64,000 bases of DNA from Ignavibacteriota bacterium (GCA_963801355.1 CAWDEM010000008.1:1728001-1792000), one strand, 5' to 3'. Numbered from the stretch's first letter, positions 1 through 9,164 are shown. Numbers and translations are program-made. Notes: generated from the letters alone by a model not told the origin.

Positions 1-76
1 AACGAGGGGCACAGTGCTCGTTCCAACTATCGGCATTGTGATGCTCTGCCCATGCATTGTGTTGGGACGGCACTAG
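1..76. mobile_element. MITE-like dispersed repeat, copy 1 (cut by window edge)
   Basis: 1..76 matches the reverse complement of 44076..44151 at 64/76 positions without gaps (first 27 nt identical). Ends in CTAG at 73..76, which supplies the LacI stop codon. Confidence 0.7.
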
Positions 77-1113
77 GGGTACTTCATGGAATTACCAACG
101 GTGGATTCACGGATGATCAACTCCACAGGGACGTGGGTAGTGATCAAGGTCCGGGTTTTCGACTTAATCATTTCCACAAGGCGAAGGACGGCGAGCTTCC
201 CCATCTCCTCCTTAAACACTCTCACGGTTGTGAGCGGCGGTTCGACGTGCGAGCTCATTTCTATGTCATCAAATCCCACAACGGCGATGTCGTCCGGGAT
301 TTTCATGCCCCTGTCGCGGAGGAAGCGGGCGCAACCGATGGCCATCGCATCGTTTGCCGCAAACACCGCAGTCGGGTGCTTATCCTGTTTCAAGATCTTC
401 GCCATTGCCTCCTCGCCATCGATGCTCCGGAGGCTTGGTTGATCGTGAACGATCAATGATTGATCGGGAAGAATGTTGCGTTCATGCATTGCATCCTGAA
501 AACCGCCGAACCGTTCAGCGATGCTCGGATGTCGGATATCTCCCGCAATGAATGCCACGGATCGGTGCCCTCGATCCAGCAGATGCAGGACCGCCGCGCG
601 CGCACCGGTCCGGTTGTCGATCAGGACGGCAGAGTGGAGCCGCTTCTTCGATTCATAGTCTACTAGGACAAGCGGCAACCCGAGCGCATCGATATAGTCG
701 ATCAGTTTTTCGGTCACTTTGCCGGCGATGATCACGCCGTCCACGTTCCGTTCGAGGAGAAATCGCGGGACATCCTTTGACGTGTTAAATGTTTTGCCGA
801 TGGTCGTGAGCAGGATGTAGTAGTTGTGCTTCCGGGCTTCGAATTCCGTTCCGAGGAAAATCTTCGTGTAAAAGGGTTCCGCTTGGGAGAAATGGTAGTC
901 GGAGAGGATGAAACCGAGGTTTCCGCTGGTTTGCGAGGCCAGGCCCCGGGCCGAACGGTTCGGGTGGTACGATAGCTCCTCGACAATTTTGCTGACCTTC
1001 TCGCGTGTTTTGGGGCTGACATACCCGCGTTTGTTAATGACAAGGGAGACGGTCGAGAGCGATAGGCCGGAGAGTCTTGCCACATCCTTGATTGTCGAGC
1101 GTTTCTTCTGCAT
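73..1113 (-). CDS. LacI family transcriptional regulator
   Basis: N-terminal HTH TIKDVARLSGLSLSTVSLVIN, hinge YHPNRSARGL, sugar-binding domain motifs FAANDAMA, VVGFDD, PPLTTV. Confidence 0.97.
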   Translation of the reverse strand: MQKKRSTIKDVARLSGLSLSTVSLVINKRGYVSPKTREKVSKIVEELSYHPNRSARGLASQTSGNLGFILSDYHFSQAEPFYTKIFLGTEFEARKHNYYILLTTIGKTFNTSKDVPRFLLERNVDGVIIAGKVTEKLIDYIDALGLPLVLVDYESKKRLHSAVLIDNRTGARAAVLHLLDRGHRSVAFIAGDIRHPSIAERFGGFQDAMHERNILPDQSLIVHDQPSLRSIDGEEAMAKILKQDKHPTAVFAANDAMAIGCARFLRDRGMKIPDDIAVVGFDDIEMSSHVEPPLTTVRVFKEEMGKLAVLRLVEMIKSKTRTLITTHVPVELIIRESTVGNSMKYP

Positions 1114-1117
1114 GGCA

Positions 1118-1135
1118 TCTCAAACCGCTTTGAGA
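1118..1135. promoter_or_regulatory. Probable LacI-type operator (secondary)
   Basis: TCTCAAACCGCTTTGAGA, near-perfect palindrome with central CG, just upstream of the LacI start. Confidence 0.55.
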
Positions 1136-1220
1136 CCAATCGCAGGAACACCACTGCAAATCTGGACTACATGGGCAATTCTTGGCTAAAGAGAGGTATT
1201 TCTGATCCCAATTTCACGAA

Positions 1221-1242
1221 AATATCGAAGCGCTTCGATATT
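1221..1242. promoter_or_regulatory. Probable LacI-type operator (primary)
   Basis: Perfect 22-bp palindrome AATATCGAAGCGCTTCGATATT with an AAGCGCTT core typical of LacI/GalR operators. Confidence 0.7.
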
Positions 1243-1409
1243 ACAGAAGTCCTGGGACAAAGTCAAGTGTTATTGGGAGCTAGTCCCGTAGTTTTTGGAG
1301 CTAATCCTTTAGATGGAGAGACGCAACTCCCCGGCGGGTTTCACTGTATACCAAGGAGGGGACGCAAGTGCGTTCATCCTCGCGACAAAAGAGGGCAAGA
1401 GGGACCTCG

Positions 1410-2531
1410 ATGACTGAACCAATACGGCAGGACCCGAAAATCTGGGGTACTCTCCGGGCCGACATGCAGCGCGGACATTTCTTCCGGAACGTCCGCGACG
1501 AGGGACGCGAAATCCGCGACTTCTATCTCACCGAAGAGAAACGCGACGCACTCGTCAAAATGTCGGCGGTCAAGCGTTGGTTCCTTGTGGCTTGGTGGGT
1601 CCTCAAAAGCATGTTCTTCAAGCTAACCCCGGTCAGACGAATACTCCTGGCGGCGGGAATTGTCTTGATTATCAGTGCAGGTGCCACTTTCTCCGACAAC
1701 AACGGCGGGGGAGCCTCACAGAATTTCGGAGCGAGTCTGTTCTTCGGGGTAACTGCACTCCTTCTTGTGCTTCTCCTCGAACTGAAAGACAAATTGCTCG
1801 CACACAGCGAGCTTCAGGATGGACGCGCCATCCAGCGCGCAATGCAGCCGGAATCCTCCCCCACCGTTCCCGGTTGGGACATCTGGTTATATACCTATCC
1901 GGCAAACGAAGTGTGCGGAGACATCCTCGATTTCTTTCCGTTCAACGGCAAGCACTACGGGATCGTCACGGGTGATGTCGCAGGAAAAGGATTGGGTGCC
2001 GCCCTTCTCATGGTGAAGATCCAGGCACTGGTGCGCGCCTTCGCCCCGGAGATCCCGGCCCTCACATCGCTCGCTGCAAAGATCAACGAGATTCTTCTCC
2101 GTGACAGGATACCTGCAAGATTTGCGTCAGTGCTGCTCCTCCAATTTGCCCCGGATTCGGGCACCGTCCGCTACCTGAACGCCGGTCACATGCCTCCCCT
2201 GCTTATCTCGGAAAACGGTCTTACGGAATTGGGCAAAGGTAACTGTGCAATCGGTCTCGCGCAGGACACAACGTTTGAGCAGAAGGAGCTGGAGATGGCT
2301 CCCGGTCAGACCCTCGTCCTCTATTCAGATGGCATTACGGAGGCCGAGAATAATACTCGCGAATCCTTCGGATTGCAGCGCCTCGAGACACAATGCAGAT
2401 CCGCTTCCGGACTCCGGGCACAGGCATTCGGTGAAAAACTCGTAGCCGGTGTTGCCGCGTTCGTCGGCGAGGAACGGCGCAAGGATGATATCTCGCTTGT
2501 GGTCCTCCAGCGCTCTCCATCCCTGACTTAA
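1410..2531 (+). CDS. Membrane-anchored PP2C/SpoIIE (RsbU-like) serine phosphatase
   Basis: Hydrophobic helices, then ARAIQ-like coil and motifs EVCGDILD, GDVAGKG, NAGHMPP, YSDGITEA, DDISL. ATG at 1410 follows a purine-rich RBS. Confidence 0.92.
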   Translation: MTEPIRQDPKIWGTLRADMQRGHFFRNVRDEGREIRDFYLTEEKRDALVKMSAVKRWFLVAWWVLKSMFFKLTPVRRILLAAGIVLIISAGATFSDNNGGGASQNFGASLFFGVTALLLVLLLELKDKLLAHSELQDGRAIQRAMQPESSPTVPGWDIWLYTYPANEVCGDILDFFPFNGKHYGIVTGDVAGKGLGAALLMVKIQALVRAFAPEIPALTSLAAKINEILLRDRIPARFASVLLLQFAPDSGTVRYLNAGHMPPLLISENGLTELGKGNCAIGLAQDTTFEQKELEMAPGQTLVLYSDGITEAENNTRESFGLQRLETQCRSASGLRAQAFGEKLVAGVAAFVGEERRKDDISLVVLQRSPSLT

Positions 2532-2533
2532 AA

Positions 2534-2586
2534 GTCTGACTTTTTTCCCAGACTTTTTACCTCGGCTTTTTCCCCAGGCTTTTTAC
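2534..2586 (+). repeat. Degenerate ~13-bp tandem array (4 units) upstream of RAYT
   Basis: gtctgacttttttc / ccagactttttac / ctcggctttttcc / ccaggctttttac; overlaps palindrome AAGTCTGACTT at 2532..2542. Confidence 0.75.
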
Positions 2587-2681
2587 CAACCGCAGTCGAA
2601 AATCGGACCTCCGGCAGGTAGTAACAGTACGGTCCGTTTGGACTCATATATGAAAACTCGAACGGCTATTGAAAATTCAGT

Positions 2682-3269
2682 ATGAATGTAAGAACAATTG
2701 ATTTGCGCAGAGAAAACGCTTTCTTCCACGCGCTCAATCGTGGTGTAGACCGTCAGCAAATCTTCTTTTCCCCCGCAGACTACCAATGTTTCCTTGACAT
2801 CCTGCAAAGATTCCTTGATCCGTCCACTGTGGTTCTTCTGGCGTTCGCGCTGATGCCCAATCACTACCATTTGATAGTTCATCAGCTATCTCCGTATGCA
2901 ATCAGCCACCTCATCAAACGCGTATGTGAACGCTACGTCAAGTACATCAATCGCAAGAGAAAGCGGGTCGGCCATCTTTTCCAAAGTCCTTATATCCCTA
3001 AGCTGGTTGATAAGGAATCATACCTACTCTATCTATCACGCTACGTACATCTGAACCCGGTCTCAGGTGGGCTGGTGAAATCGCCGGAGGATTGGCCATT
3101 CAGCAGCTGTCAAGCATATAGAGGAGGGATGCCCAACGGATTCGTGGACTCTCGTTTAATATTGGATCTTGCTGGCGGACCGGAGAGATACCAGGACTAT
3201 CTCCACAAACCCTTCGTGGAGTGCGACATGCCTCTTGACAAGTATTTGATTGACCGGGAATTCCTTTGA
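2682..3269 (+). CDS. REP-associated tyrosine transposase-like HUH nuclease (RAYT / Y1_Tnp)
   Basis: FHALNRGVDRQQIF start, HUH motif LMPNHYHL, GHLFQ, catalytic Tyr region SRYVHLNPV, PEDWPFSS. Confidence 0.93.
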   Translation: MNVRTIDLRRENAFFHALNRGVDRQQIFFSPADYQCFLDILQRFLDPSTVVLLAFALMPNHYHLIVHQLSPYAISHLIKRVCERYVKYINRKRKRVGHLFQSPYIPKLVDKESYLLYLSRYVHLNPVSGGLVKSPEDWPFSSCQAYRGGMPNGFVDSRLILDLAGGPERYQDYLHKPFVECDMPLDKYLIDREFL

Positions 3270-3308
3270 AACTGGAGCTTCCAAGATGTCCGGTCCAGAA
3301 TTCTCGAA

Positions 3309-3410
3309 GTCTCGGATTTTCCCCTGGCTTTTTTGCCTGACTTTTTTGTCTGACTTGTTTGTCTGTGTCTGACTTGTTTGTCTGACTTTTTTGTCAGGCT
3401 TTTAAGTCTG
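3309..3410 (+). repeat. 13-bp tandem array (about 7 units, consensus GTCTGACTTTTTT) downstream of RAYT
   Basis: gtctcggattttc / ccctggctttttt / gcctgactttttt / gtctgacttgttt / gtctgt / gtctgacttgttt / gtctgactttttt / gtcaggcttttaa. Confidence 0.85.
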
Positions 3411-3507
3411 GGTCTTGCTTTTCCAAACGCGGAGGCATATATTCATCCAACCCGACAATACGTGACATCGCTTCGCTAACCCAGACCCGTCATCCCGGCA
3501 ACCCTCC

Positions 3508-4920
3508 ATGGCAAACAGAACCCAGGCGTCAGCTGCAACTGTGGATGAGTTCGAACGCGAACCTGTCCCACAGAACAAACTCAAGGGCCTGCGCAGTTTC
3601 GTCGGCATGTACGCCGGCGAGCATGTTGCCGGCACGGAGTTCATGATCGGCCCGCTCTTTCTTGCGGCAGGCGTCAGCGCTTTCGACCTGCTCGTAGGGC
3701 TCCTCGTGGGAAACCTGCTGGCTGTCTTGAGTTGGGCGTTCATCTGTGCACCCATCGCAACAGGCGTACGCCTCACACTCTATTACAAACTCGAGAAAAT
3801 CTGTGGTACCCGATTGGTGATTCTCTACAACCTCGCCAATGGTTTACTTTTCTGTTTTCTTGCTGGAGCGATGATATCCGTTTCCGCAACGGCGGTCGGC
3901 CTTCCGCTGAACATGCCGATGCCCTCCCTCACCGATTGGCTGCCGACCAGCCTGGTCTGGGTTCTTGTTGTCATTGCCATCGGCACTGTTTTTTCGTATG
4001 TCGCAGCCAGAGGCTACGACGCAATGGTGCGTGTGGCAAACACCTCCGCTCCCTGGATGGTCCTGGTTTTCGCGGCCTGCGGCATCATCGCTCTGCGGGA
4101 ACTCGGGGTGACTTCGCTTACCGACTTCTGGAGCGTGGCGAAGGAGAGAATCTGGACCGGAGGAGATCCGATGCCAGGTCAAACCAAATTCACTCTCTGG
4201 CATGTGATCTTTTTCTCGTGGTTCTGCAACGCAGCGATGCATATGGGGATGGCCGATCTCTCGATCTTCCGCTACGCAAAGAAATGGCAATACGGATTTG
4301 CCTCAGCCGCGGGGATGTTTGTCGGGCATTACCTCGCCTGGATTGCGGCGTCACTTCTCTTCGCGGCACAGCTGGCGCGCAATCCGGCGGACACGACCGT
4401 GGCCCCCGGCCCCCTGGCCTACAACGCCGTCGGCATCGCCGGCCTGGTCTGCGTCATCCTCGCGGGCTGGACCACCGCCAATCCGACCATCTATCGCGCC
4501 GGCCTCGCCTTCCAGGCAATCTTCCGCTCAGCCTCCCGCATAAAGGTTACATGGGTTGCGGGGGCCCTCGCAACATTCGGTGCTATCTTCCCGGCGCTGG
4601 CGATGAAGCTGCTCGACTTTGTCGGGTTCTATGGAACGATTCTCATGCCGATGGGAGCAGTCGTTGTCGTGGACTACTACCTCCTCAAGAAATTCGGGAT
4701 GGTTTCGGACTTCGCAGAGCGCTCTCACCTTTTGTTCAACATGGCTGCGGGAGGCGCATGGATCATCGCCCTTGCCACGTGCGCCCTGCTCAATACGCTC
4801 GCGGGAGTGCAGATCTACTTCCTTGCGCTCCCCGGCTGGTTGACCGCCGGACTACTCTATCTTGTCCTCAGCGTGTTTGTTCAAAGGAACCGGACGCCAC
4901 TCACAACGGGGATTGCCTGA
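3508..4920 (+). CDS. NCS1 family (purine/cytosine permease-like) symporter
   Basis: 470 aa, about 12 TM helices, EFEREPV start, YAGEHVAGTEF, DLSIFRYAK, AGWTTANPTIYRAGLA. Confidence 0.85.
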   Translation: MANRTQASAATVDEFEREPVPQNKLKGLRSFVGMYAGEHVAGTEFMIGPLFLAAGVSAFDLLVGLLVGNLLAVLSWAFICAPIATGVRLTLYYKLEKICGTRLVILYNLANGLLFCFLAGAMISVSATAVGLPLNMPMPSLTDWLPTSLVWVLVVIAIGTVFSYVAARGYDAMVRVANTSAPWMVLVFAACGIIALRELGVTSLTDFWSVAKERIWTGGDPMPGQTKFTLWHVIFFSWFCNAAMHMGMADLSIFRYAKKWQYGFASAAGMFVGHYLAWIAASLLFAAQLARNPADTTVAPGPLAYNAVGIAGLVCVILAGWTTANPTIYRAGLAFQAIFRSASRIKVTWVAGALATFGAIFPALAMKLLDFVGFYGTILMPMGAVVVVDYYLLKKFGMVSDFAERSHLLFNMAAGGAWIIALATCALLNTLAGVQIYFLALPGWLTAGLLYLVLSVFVQRNRTPLTTGIA

Positions 4921-5120
4921 TGAGGAAGCTCTTTCTCGCACTCAGCGTCGCAGGTCTCATCCTCACGCTTCTCGCCCCACTTCTCGCGTTCGGCGGGACA
5001 ATCGACCACGACGCGGTCAAGCATATGATGATGGCGGGAATGATTCTCTGGTTCGCCGGAACTGTGCCCAAGGTCCGGGCTGGCAGGACCGGGAGAGCTG
5101 AGCGAGACATTGGTGGGTAA
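4920..5120 (+). CDS. Small two-helix membrane protein (66 aa)
   Basis: MRKLFLALSVAGLILTLLAPLLAFGG...MAGMILWFAG; ATG overlaps the permease stop (TGATG). Confidence 0.7.
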   Translation: MRKLFLALSVAGLILTLLAPLLAFGGTIDHDAVKHMMMAGMILWFAGTVPKVRAGRTGRAERDIGG

Positions 5121-5154
5121 GACATGCGTTTCAGAACGGGGCCGGTTGCCCGAC

Positions 5155-5178
5155 AAAAAACCTGGGCTTCTTCCCAGG
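5155..5178 (-). terminator. Rho-independent terminator of the hyf/ehr operon
   Basis: Minus strand CCTGGG-aagaag-CCCAGG followed by TTTTTT, about 20 nt after the last stop. Confidence 0.6.
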
Positions 5179-5199
5179 CTTCTTGCTCAGACGTTGAAA

Positions 5200-6069
5200 T
5201 CAGGGGTTTCTCTCAGGGTACCTGCCTATCGCCAGCAGGATTCCGTGCAGTAGCGCTTCCGGCCGCGGAGGGCAGCCTGGAATGTAGACGTCGACCGGAA
5301 CTGTCGTGTCGACACCACCGCACGACGCATAACTCTTCCCAAAAATACCCCCCCCAATCGCACACGCACCTACAGCAACAACAAGCTTGGGGTCCGGGGT
5401 CGCTTCATACGCCTGCCGCAGGGCGATCTCCATATTGCGTGTGACCGGTCCCGTCACCAGCAACATGTCGGCGTGTCGTGGCGATGCAACGAAGTGGATA
5501 CCGAAGCGCTCGATATCGTGCACGGGATTGTTCAAAGCGGTGATTTCGACCTCACATCCGTTACACGAGCCGGCATCAACCTCCCGGATATGCAGAGAAC
5601 CCCCAAAGCGTTGGCGGACTTTCGCTCTCAGTTGCATCCCGACGTCTTCCAGCATTTCCCCCGGTGAGGTCTGGTGGGCTTCCACTTCGACTACACGAGA
5701 GATTCCCTCCCTATTTACAGTGAAGCGCGCCCGGGTCGTCAACGCCGACTTGCGTACCGTCCCAAGCTCGAATTCCTGAGTCAAATGGATTGCCTCCGGG
5801 CACGTCGCTTCACATTCGCCGCAGAAGATGCAGTGGCCGTAATTGATCGACAGGAGCTTCCCGCCCGGTCCATCCGGTGCGGAAGCATTCTCAGTTTCCA
5901 CGGTGATGGCCCGCGTCGGGCACGCAGCAGAACACGTGTCGCATGCGTTGCAACGCGCGTAGTCGATCACCGGCTTCCCACGCAACCCCTTAGGCGCTTC
6001 AGCAATAGTGGCCGGATAGGAACTGGTCGCAACACCGGACGTCAGCACCCGTTTGAGTATCTTCAGCAT
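5200..6069 (-). CDS. hyfI: Fused 2x[4Fe-4S] ferredoxin (HyfH/NuoI-like) and small subunit (HyfI/NuoB-like) of a group-4 hydrogenase-related complex
   Basis: CNACDTCSAACP and CIFCGECEATCP, then GSCNGCEVE, SPRHAD, GACAIGGG, PGCPPRP. Confidence 0.92.
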   Translation of the reverse strand: MLKILKRVLTSGVATSSYPATIAEAPKGLRGKPVIDYARCNACDTCSAACPTRAITVETENASAPDGPGGKLLSINYGHCIFCGECEATCPEAIHLTQEFELGTVRKSALTTRARFTVNREGISRVVEVEAHQTSPGEMLEDVGMQLRAKVRQRFGGSLHIREVDAGSCNGCEVEITALNNPVHDIERFGIHFVASPRHADMLLVTGPVTRNMEIALRQAYEATPDPKLVVAVGACAIGGGIFGKSYASCGGVDTTVPVDVYIPGCPPRPEALLHGILLAIGRYPERNP

Positions 6070-6090
6070 AACCCTTCCATTACGTACTCT

Positions 6091-7686
6091 TCATCGGTCA
6101 TTGCCAGAATACGAAAGGTTGAAACTCTTATTGATGACGGGAAAATCCGGAACGATGTTGTTCTGTACCGCAAAAGTCAGCGCCCGCCAGTTGTGGAAGG
6201 ATGGGTCCGTGATCTTCCAGCGGAAGATGTTGCCGGATTTGTCCGTCATGACCCAATGGATGATTTCACCCCTCCACCCTTCCACGTACCCGAGTGCCTG
6301 CCGCAGAGGAGGAATCTCCGCCAGGTTCGTTATAATTGCCTCGCCGATGTGTTGATGATGCGCCTGGTCCAGCATCATGAAGGATTGCCGCACCTCGTCG
6401 ATGCGGACTTGCATGCGCGCGAGCACATCTCCTTCGTCGTGCCCGGCCACCGTGAAATGGAGATACGGATAGGCGCAGTGTGGATGATCCCGACGGAAAT
6501 CCCGGTCGATCCCGGAGGCCCTCCCTGCGAGACCCGTGGCACCGAGCCGTTCTGCGTCGGCGTGCCTCAGCACTCCCGTCCCTTCAAGCCGGTCCACCAC
6601 GGATGCGCTGGACATGACGAGATCAACCAGATTGCTGAACGAGCGTTCCACCTGCCCCAGTGTCTCACGTAACGCCTGGCGCCTGGCTGGCGAATCTTCG
6701 GGATCCCGGCGAACGCCGCCAACCGCTGCAAGACTCCTGAGCAGCCTGCTCCCCGTGAGGAGTTCGTTGAGGTGGAGGAGTTTCTCCTTCAGTTCCGACG
6801 CTGCGCCGGCACCTACGGCAAAACCCACATCGAGGAGTATTGCACCGACATCCCCGATATGATTATACAGCCGCTCGAGCTCCAGCAGGATGGTCCGGAT
6901 CATGACCGCCCGCTGGGGTATTTCGGCCCCGCTGAGCCGCTCGAGCGCTTGGCAGAATGCGAGGGCATGGGCAAAGGACGAATCGCCGGACACCCGCTCA
7001 GCAAGGAACACTGCGCGCCGCGGGTCCATTCCTTCGGCAATCTTTTCGGTTCCTTTGTGCGTATAGAAGAGCTGCGCATCAAGGTTGATGATCGGCTCGC
7101 CGGCAACGCTGAACCGGAAGTGCCCAGGTTCAATAATCCCCGCATGCACAGGACCCACCGGGATTTCAAAGACCCCTTCCCCCTCCACGCGCTTGAAATC
7201 AAATATCCCCCTGGCACGGGGAACAGGCCTCTTCAGGTCAACATCCTTCAGCATGGGGTGCACATCTTCGGGCCAGTCCGGGTGCGATGCCAGCGGGGAA
7301 ATATTCGGAAACGCGACAATCCCGAACCAGTCTTTGACCTCCCGCTCAAACCAATTGGCACCTTCGAGGGTTGGACTGATTGAAGGGACTTCCATGTGGC
7401 GGGGATCCACCGGTACCTGAAGGATCACGAAAAGATCCTTCTCCGGCACGGAAAACACGTAGTACAGAAACAACCGCCCGCTGAGCGTCCGCTCATCATT
7501 TGCCACGAGAGTCGTGAAATGGGCCCCCAGGTATTCCGTCAGCAGCGAGCATGTATCCGGCAGGGCCCTTAGCGATTCCTGCCGCAACGTGAGATACACT
7601 TCGTTTGCCGCGACCCCCTCACGGATCGTCACGCGATCGCCGAGAGATTCCGTGAGCGACGCAATATAGTCATGCATTCCGTTCAT
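6091..7686 (-). CDS. hyfG: Large subunit (HyfG/HycE, NuoCD-like) lacking Ni-Fe ligands (EhrL type)
   Basis: WFEREVKDWFG, GPVHAGIIEPGHFRF, YTHKGTEK, LELERLYNH, EGWRGE, DPSFHNW. Metal sites read ERVSGDS and NKSFNLSYSGNDR (no CxxC). Start taken at ATG 7686. Confidence 0.92.
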   Translation of the reverse strand: MNGMHDYIASLTESLGDRVTIREGVAANEVYLTLRQESLRALPDTCSLLTEYLGAHFTTLVANDERTLSGRLFLYYVFSVPEKDLFVILQVPVDPRHMEVPSISPTLEGANWFEREVKDWFGIVAFPNISPLASHPDWPEDVHPMLKDVDLKRPVPRARGIFDFKRVEGEGVFEIPVGPVHAGIIEPGHFRFSVAGEPIINLDAQLFYTHKGTEKIAEGMDPRRAVFLAERVSGDSSFAHALAFCQALERLSGAEIPQRAVMIRTILLELERLYNHIGDVGAILLDVGFAVGAGAASELKEKLLHLNELLTGSRLLRSLAAVGGVRRDPEDSPARRQALRETLGQVERSFSNLVDLVMSSASVVDRLEGTGVLRHADAERLGATGLAGRASGIDRDFRRDHPHCAYPYLHFTVAGHDEGDVLARMQVRIDEVRQSFMMLDQAHHQHIGEAIITNLAEIPPLRQALGYVEGWRGEIIHWVMTDKSGNIFRWKITDPSFHNWRALTFAVQNNIVPDFPVINKSFNLSYSGNDR

Positions 7687-7691
7687 TTTCC

Positions 7692-9164
7692 TCAACCCAT
7701 CAGGACAGCCACAGCATTCTGAATGCATTGCTGCAACGGGGGCGGAATGTACACCCCGAGCAGAAGAAGCGCCGCAAGCAGCACGCCAAGGAGGAAGAGC
7801 GACGCCGGGTCGGCATCGCCGCCCGTGACAGGCGCGGCTGGTGTTCCAAGAACCATTTTCGACGTGTAGTAGACAAACCCCACGAAGATGCTCACGACGA
7901 ACCCGATGAACAAAACCGATGGCACAGCCTGACCGCTCGCAAAACCCGCACTCACGATCGTCAACTCGCTGACGAACGCTCCGAACGGTGGCCATCCTGT
8001 GAGTGCGAAGACCCCGACAATGAGGAACGTTGCCGATACTGGGATGACGGTAATGGCTCCGCTCACTTTACGCATGATCTTCGACTTGTAGGCCAGGCGC
8101 ACGTTGCTGGCAGTCAGAAACAGCAGAACCTTGGCGATGGCGTTCACCAGCACGTGCAGCATCGCCCCGAAATACGCCAGCGGCGAGCCGATGCCCAGCG
8201 CAAAGACAATGATGCCGACGTGCTCGACACTCGAATACGCCAGCAATCTCTTGAAACTCCGCTGCACTAAGATGAAGGGCACGGCCATCCCCATGGACAC
8301 CAGGCCAAAGACGACGAAGAGTGTGGAAGCGTATCCGTCACCCAGCGCGGCATTCACGAGAATGTAAAAACGCATGAGCGAGTACAGCGCAACGTTCACC
8401 AGCCCTGCCGCCATGAGGGCACTGATGGGTGCGGGCGCTTCACTGTACGCATCAGGCTTCCATGTGTGCATGGGCGCCAGTCCGGCTTTCGTCCCGAACC
8501 CGACCAGTATGAAAATGAACGCAAGCTTGAGCACAGCGGGATCAAGTTCTTTGGCAACGCCCATGAGCGAGGACCAGTTCAAAGCGTTCCCCGCAGCCGG
8601 GACTACGTGCAGTGCCGAGAAATAAGTGAGAATGATGCCAAACAACGCAAGAGCAATGCCGACGGAGCAAATGATGACGTACTTCCACGCAGCTTCGATC
8701 GAGCTCTCCCGCTCGTAGAAGGCCACAAGGAGGGCCGTCGCAAGCGTGGTTGCTTCCGTCCCGATCCAGAGGAAACCCAGATTGTTGGAGATCAACACCA
8801 ACATCATGGTGAACAGAAACACGTTCAGGAGGAGATAATACAGCCACAACTGCCGGCCATCGACATTCCGGCTGCGCACTTGCCGGCGCAAGTAGCCGAC
8901 CGAAAAGAGCGCAACGACCAATGCACTACCGCAGACAATGACGGCAATGTACGCCGATAGACCGTCGGCGTACCACCACCCCTGCGGCGAACTGATGGTC
9001 TTGTGCTCCATGATCACCGACATCAACCACAACGCCGACAGGAACGTCACCCCGGCACTCATCACGGAGATCACCTCAAGGATTCTGCGTCTATGAAACA
9101 CAGCACACAGAACGCTGCCGGTGATCGGCGTGCCGATGAGGAGTGAGAAGAGAATGGTGCTCAA
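7692..9164 (-). CDS. hyfF: Hydrogenase-4 subunit F-like antiporter subunit
   Basis: EATTLATALLV, EAAWKYVIICSVGI, GFGTKAGLAPMHTWKPDAYSEAP, KRLLAYSSVEH. Confidence 0.92.
   Translation of the reverse strand: MSTILFSLLIGTPITGSVLCAVFHRRRILEVISVMSAGVTFLSALWLMSVIMEHKTISSPQGWWYADGLSAYIAVIVCGSALVVALFSVGYLRRQVRSRNVDGRQLWLYYLLLNVFLFTMMLVLISNNLGFLWIGTEATTLATALLVAFYERESSIEAAWKYVIICSVGIALALFGIILTYFSALHVVPAAGNALNWSSLMGVAKELDPAVLKLAFIFILVGFGTKAGLAPMHTWKPDAYSEAPAPISALMAAGLVNVALYSLMRFYILVNAALGDGYASTLFVVFGLVSMGMAVPFILVQRSFKRLLAYSSVEHVGIIVFALGIGSPLAYFGAMLHVLVNAIAKVLLFLTASNVRLAYKSKIMRKVSGAITVIPVSATFLIVGVFALTGWPPFGAFVSELTIVSAGFASGQAVPSVLFIGFVVSIFVGFVYYTSKMVLGTPAAPVTGGDADPASLFLLGVLLAALLLLGVYIPPPLQQCIQNAVAVLMG

Noticed and set aside
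3309-3410. Possible CRISPR array
   Set aside because: Units are 13 bp and head-to-tail with no unique spacers; no cas genes in the window.
3732-4919. 462-aa overlapping ORF
   Set aside because: Shadow frame of the NCS1 gene; only the last 66 codons look real.
5161-5195. Third copy of the RAYT 13-mer array
   Set aside because: Similar to CCAGGCTT units, but fully explained as a hairpin plus T-tract terminator.
6091-7686. Functional [NiFe]-hydrogenase / formate hydrogenlyase
   Set aside because: Both CxxC nickel-binding motifs are absent and no maturation genes are nearby.
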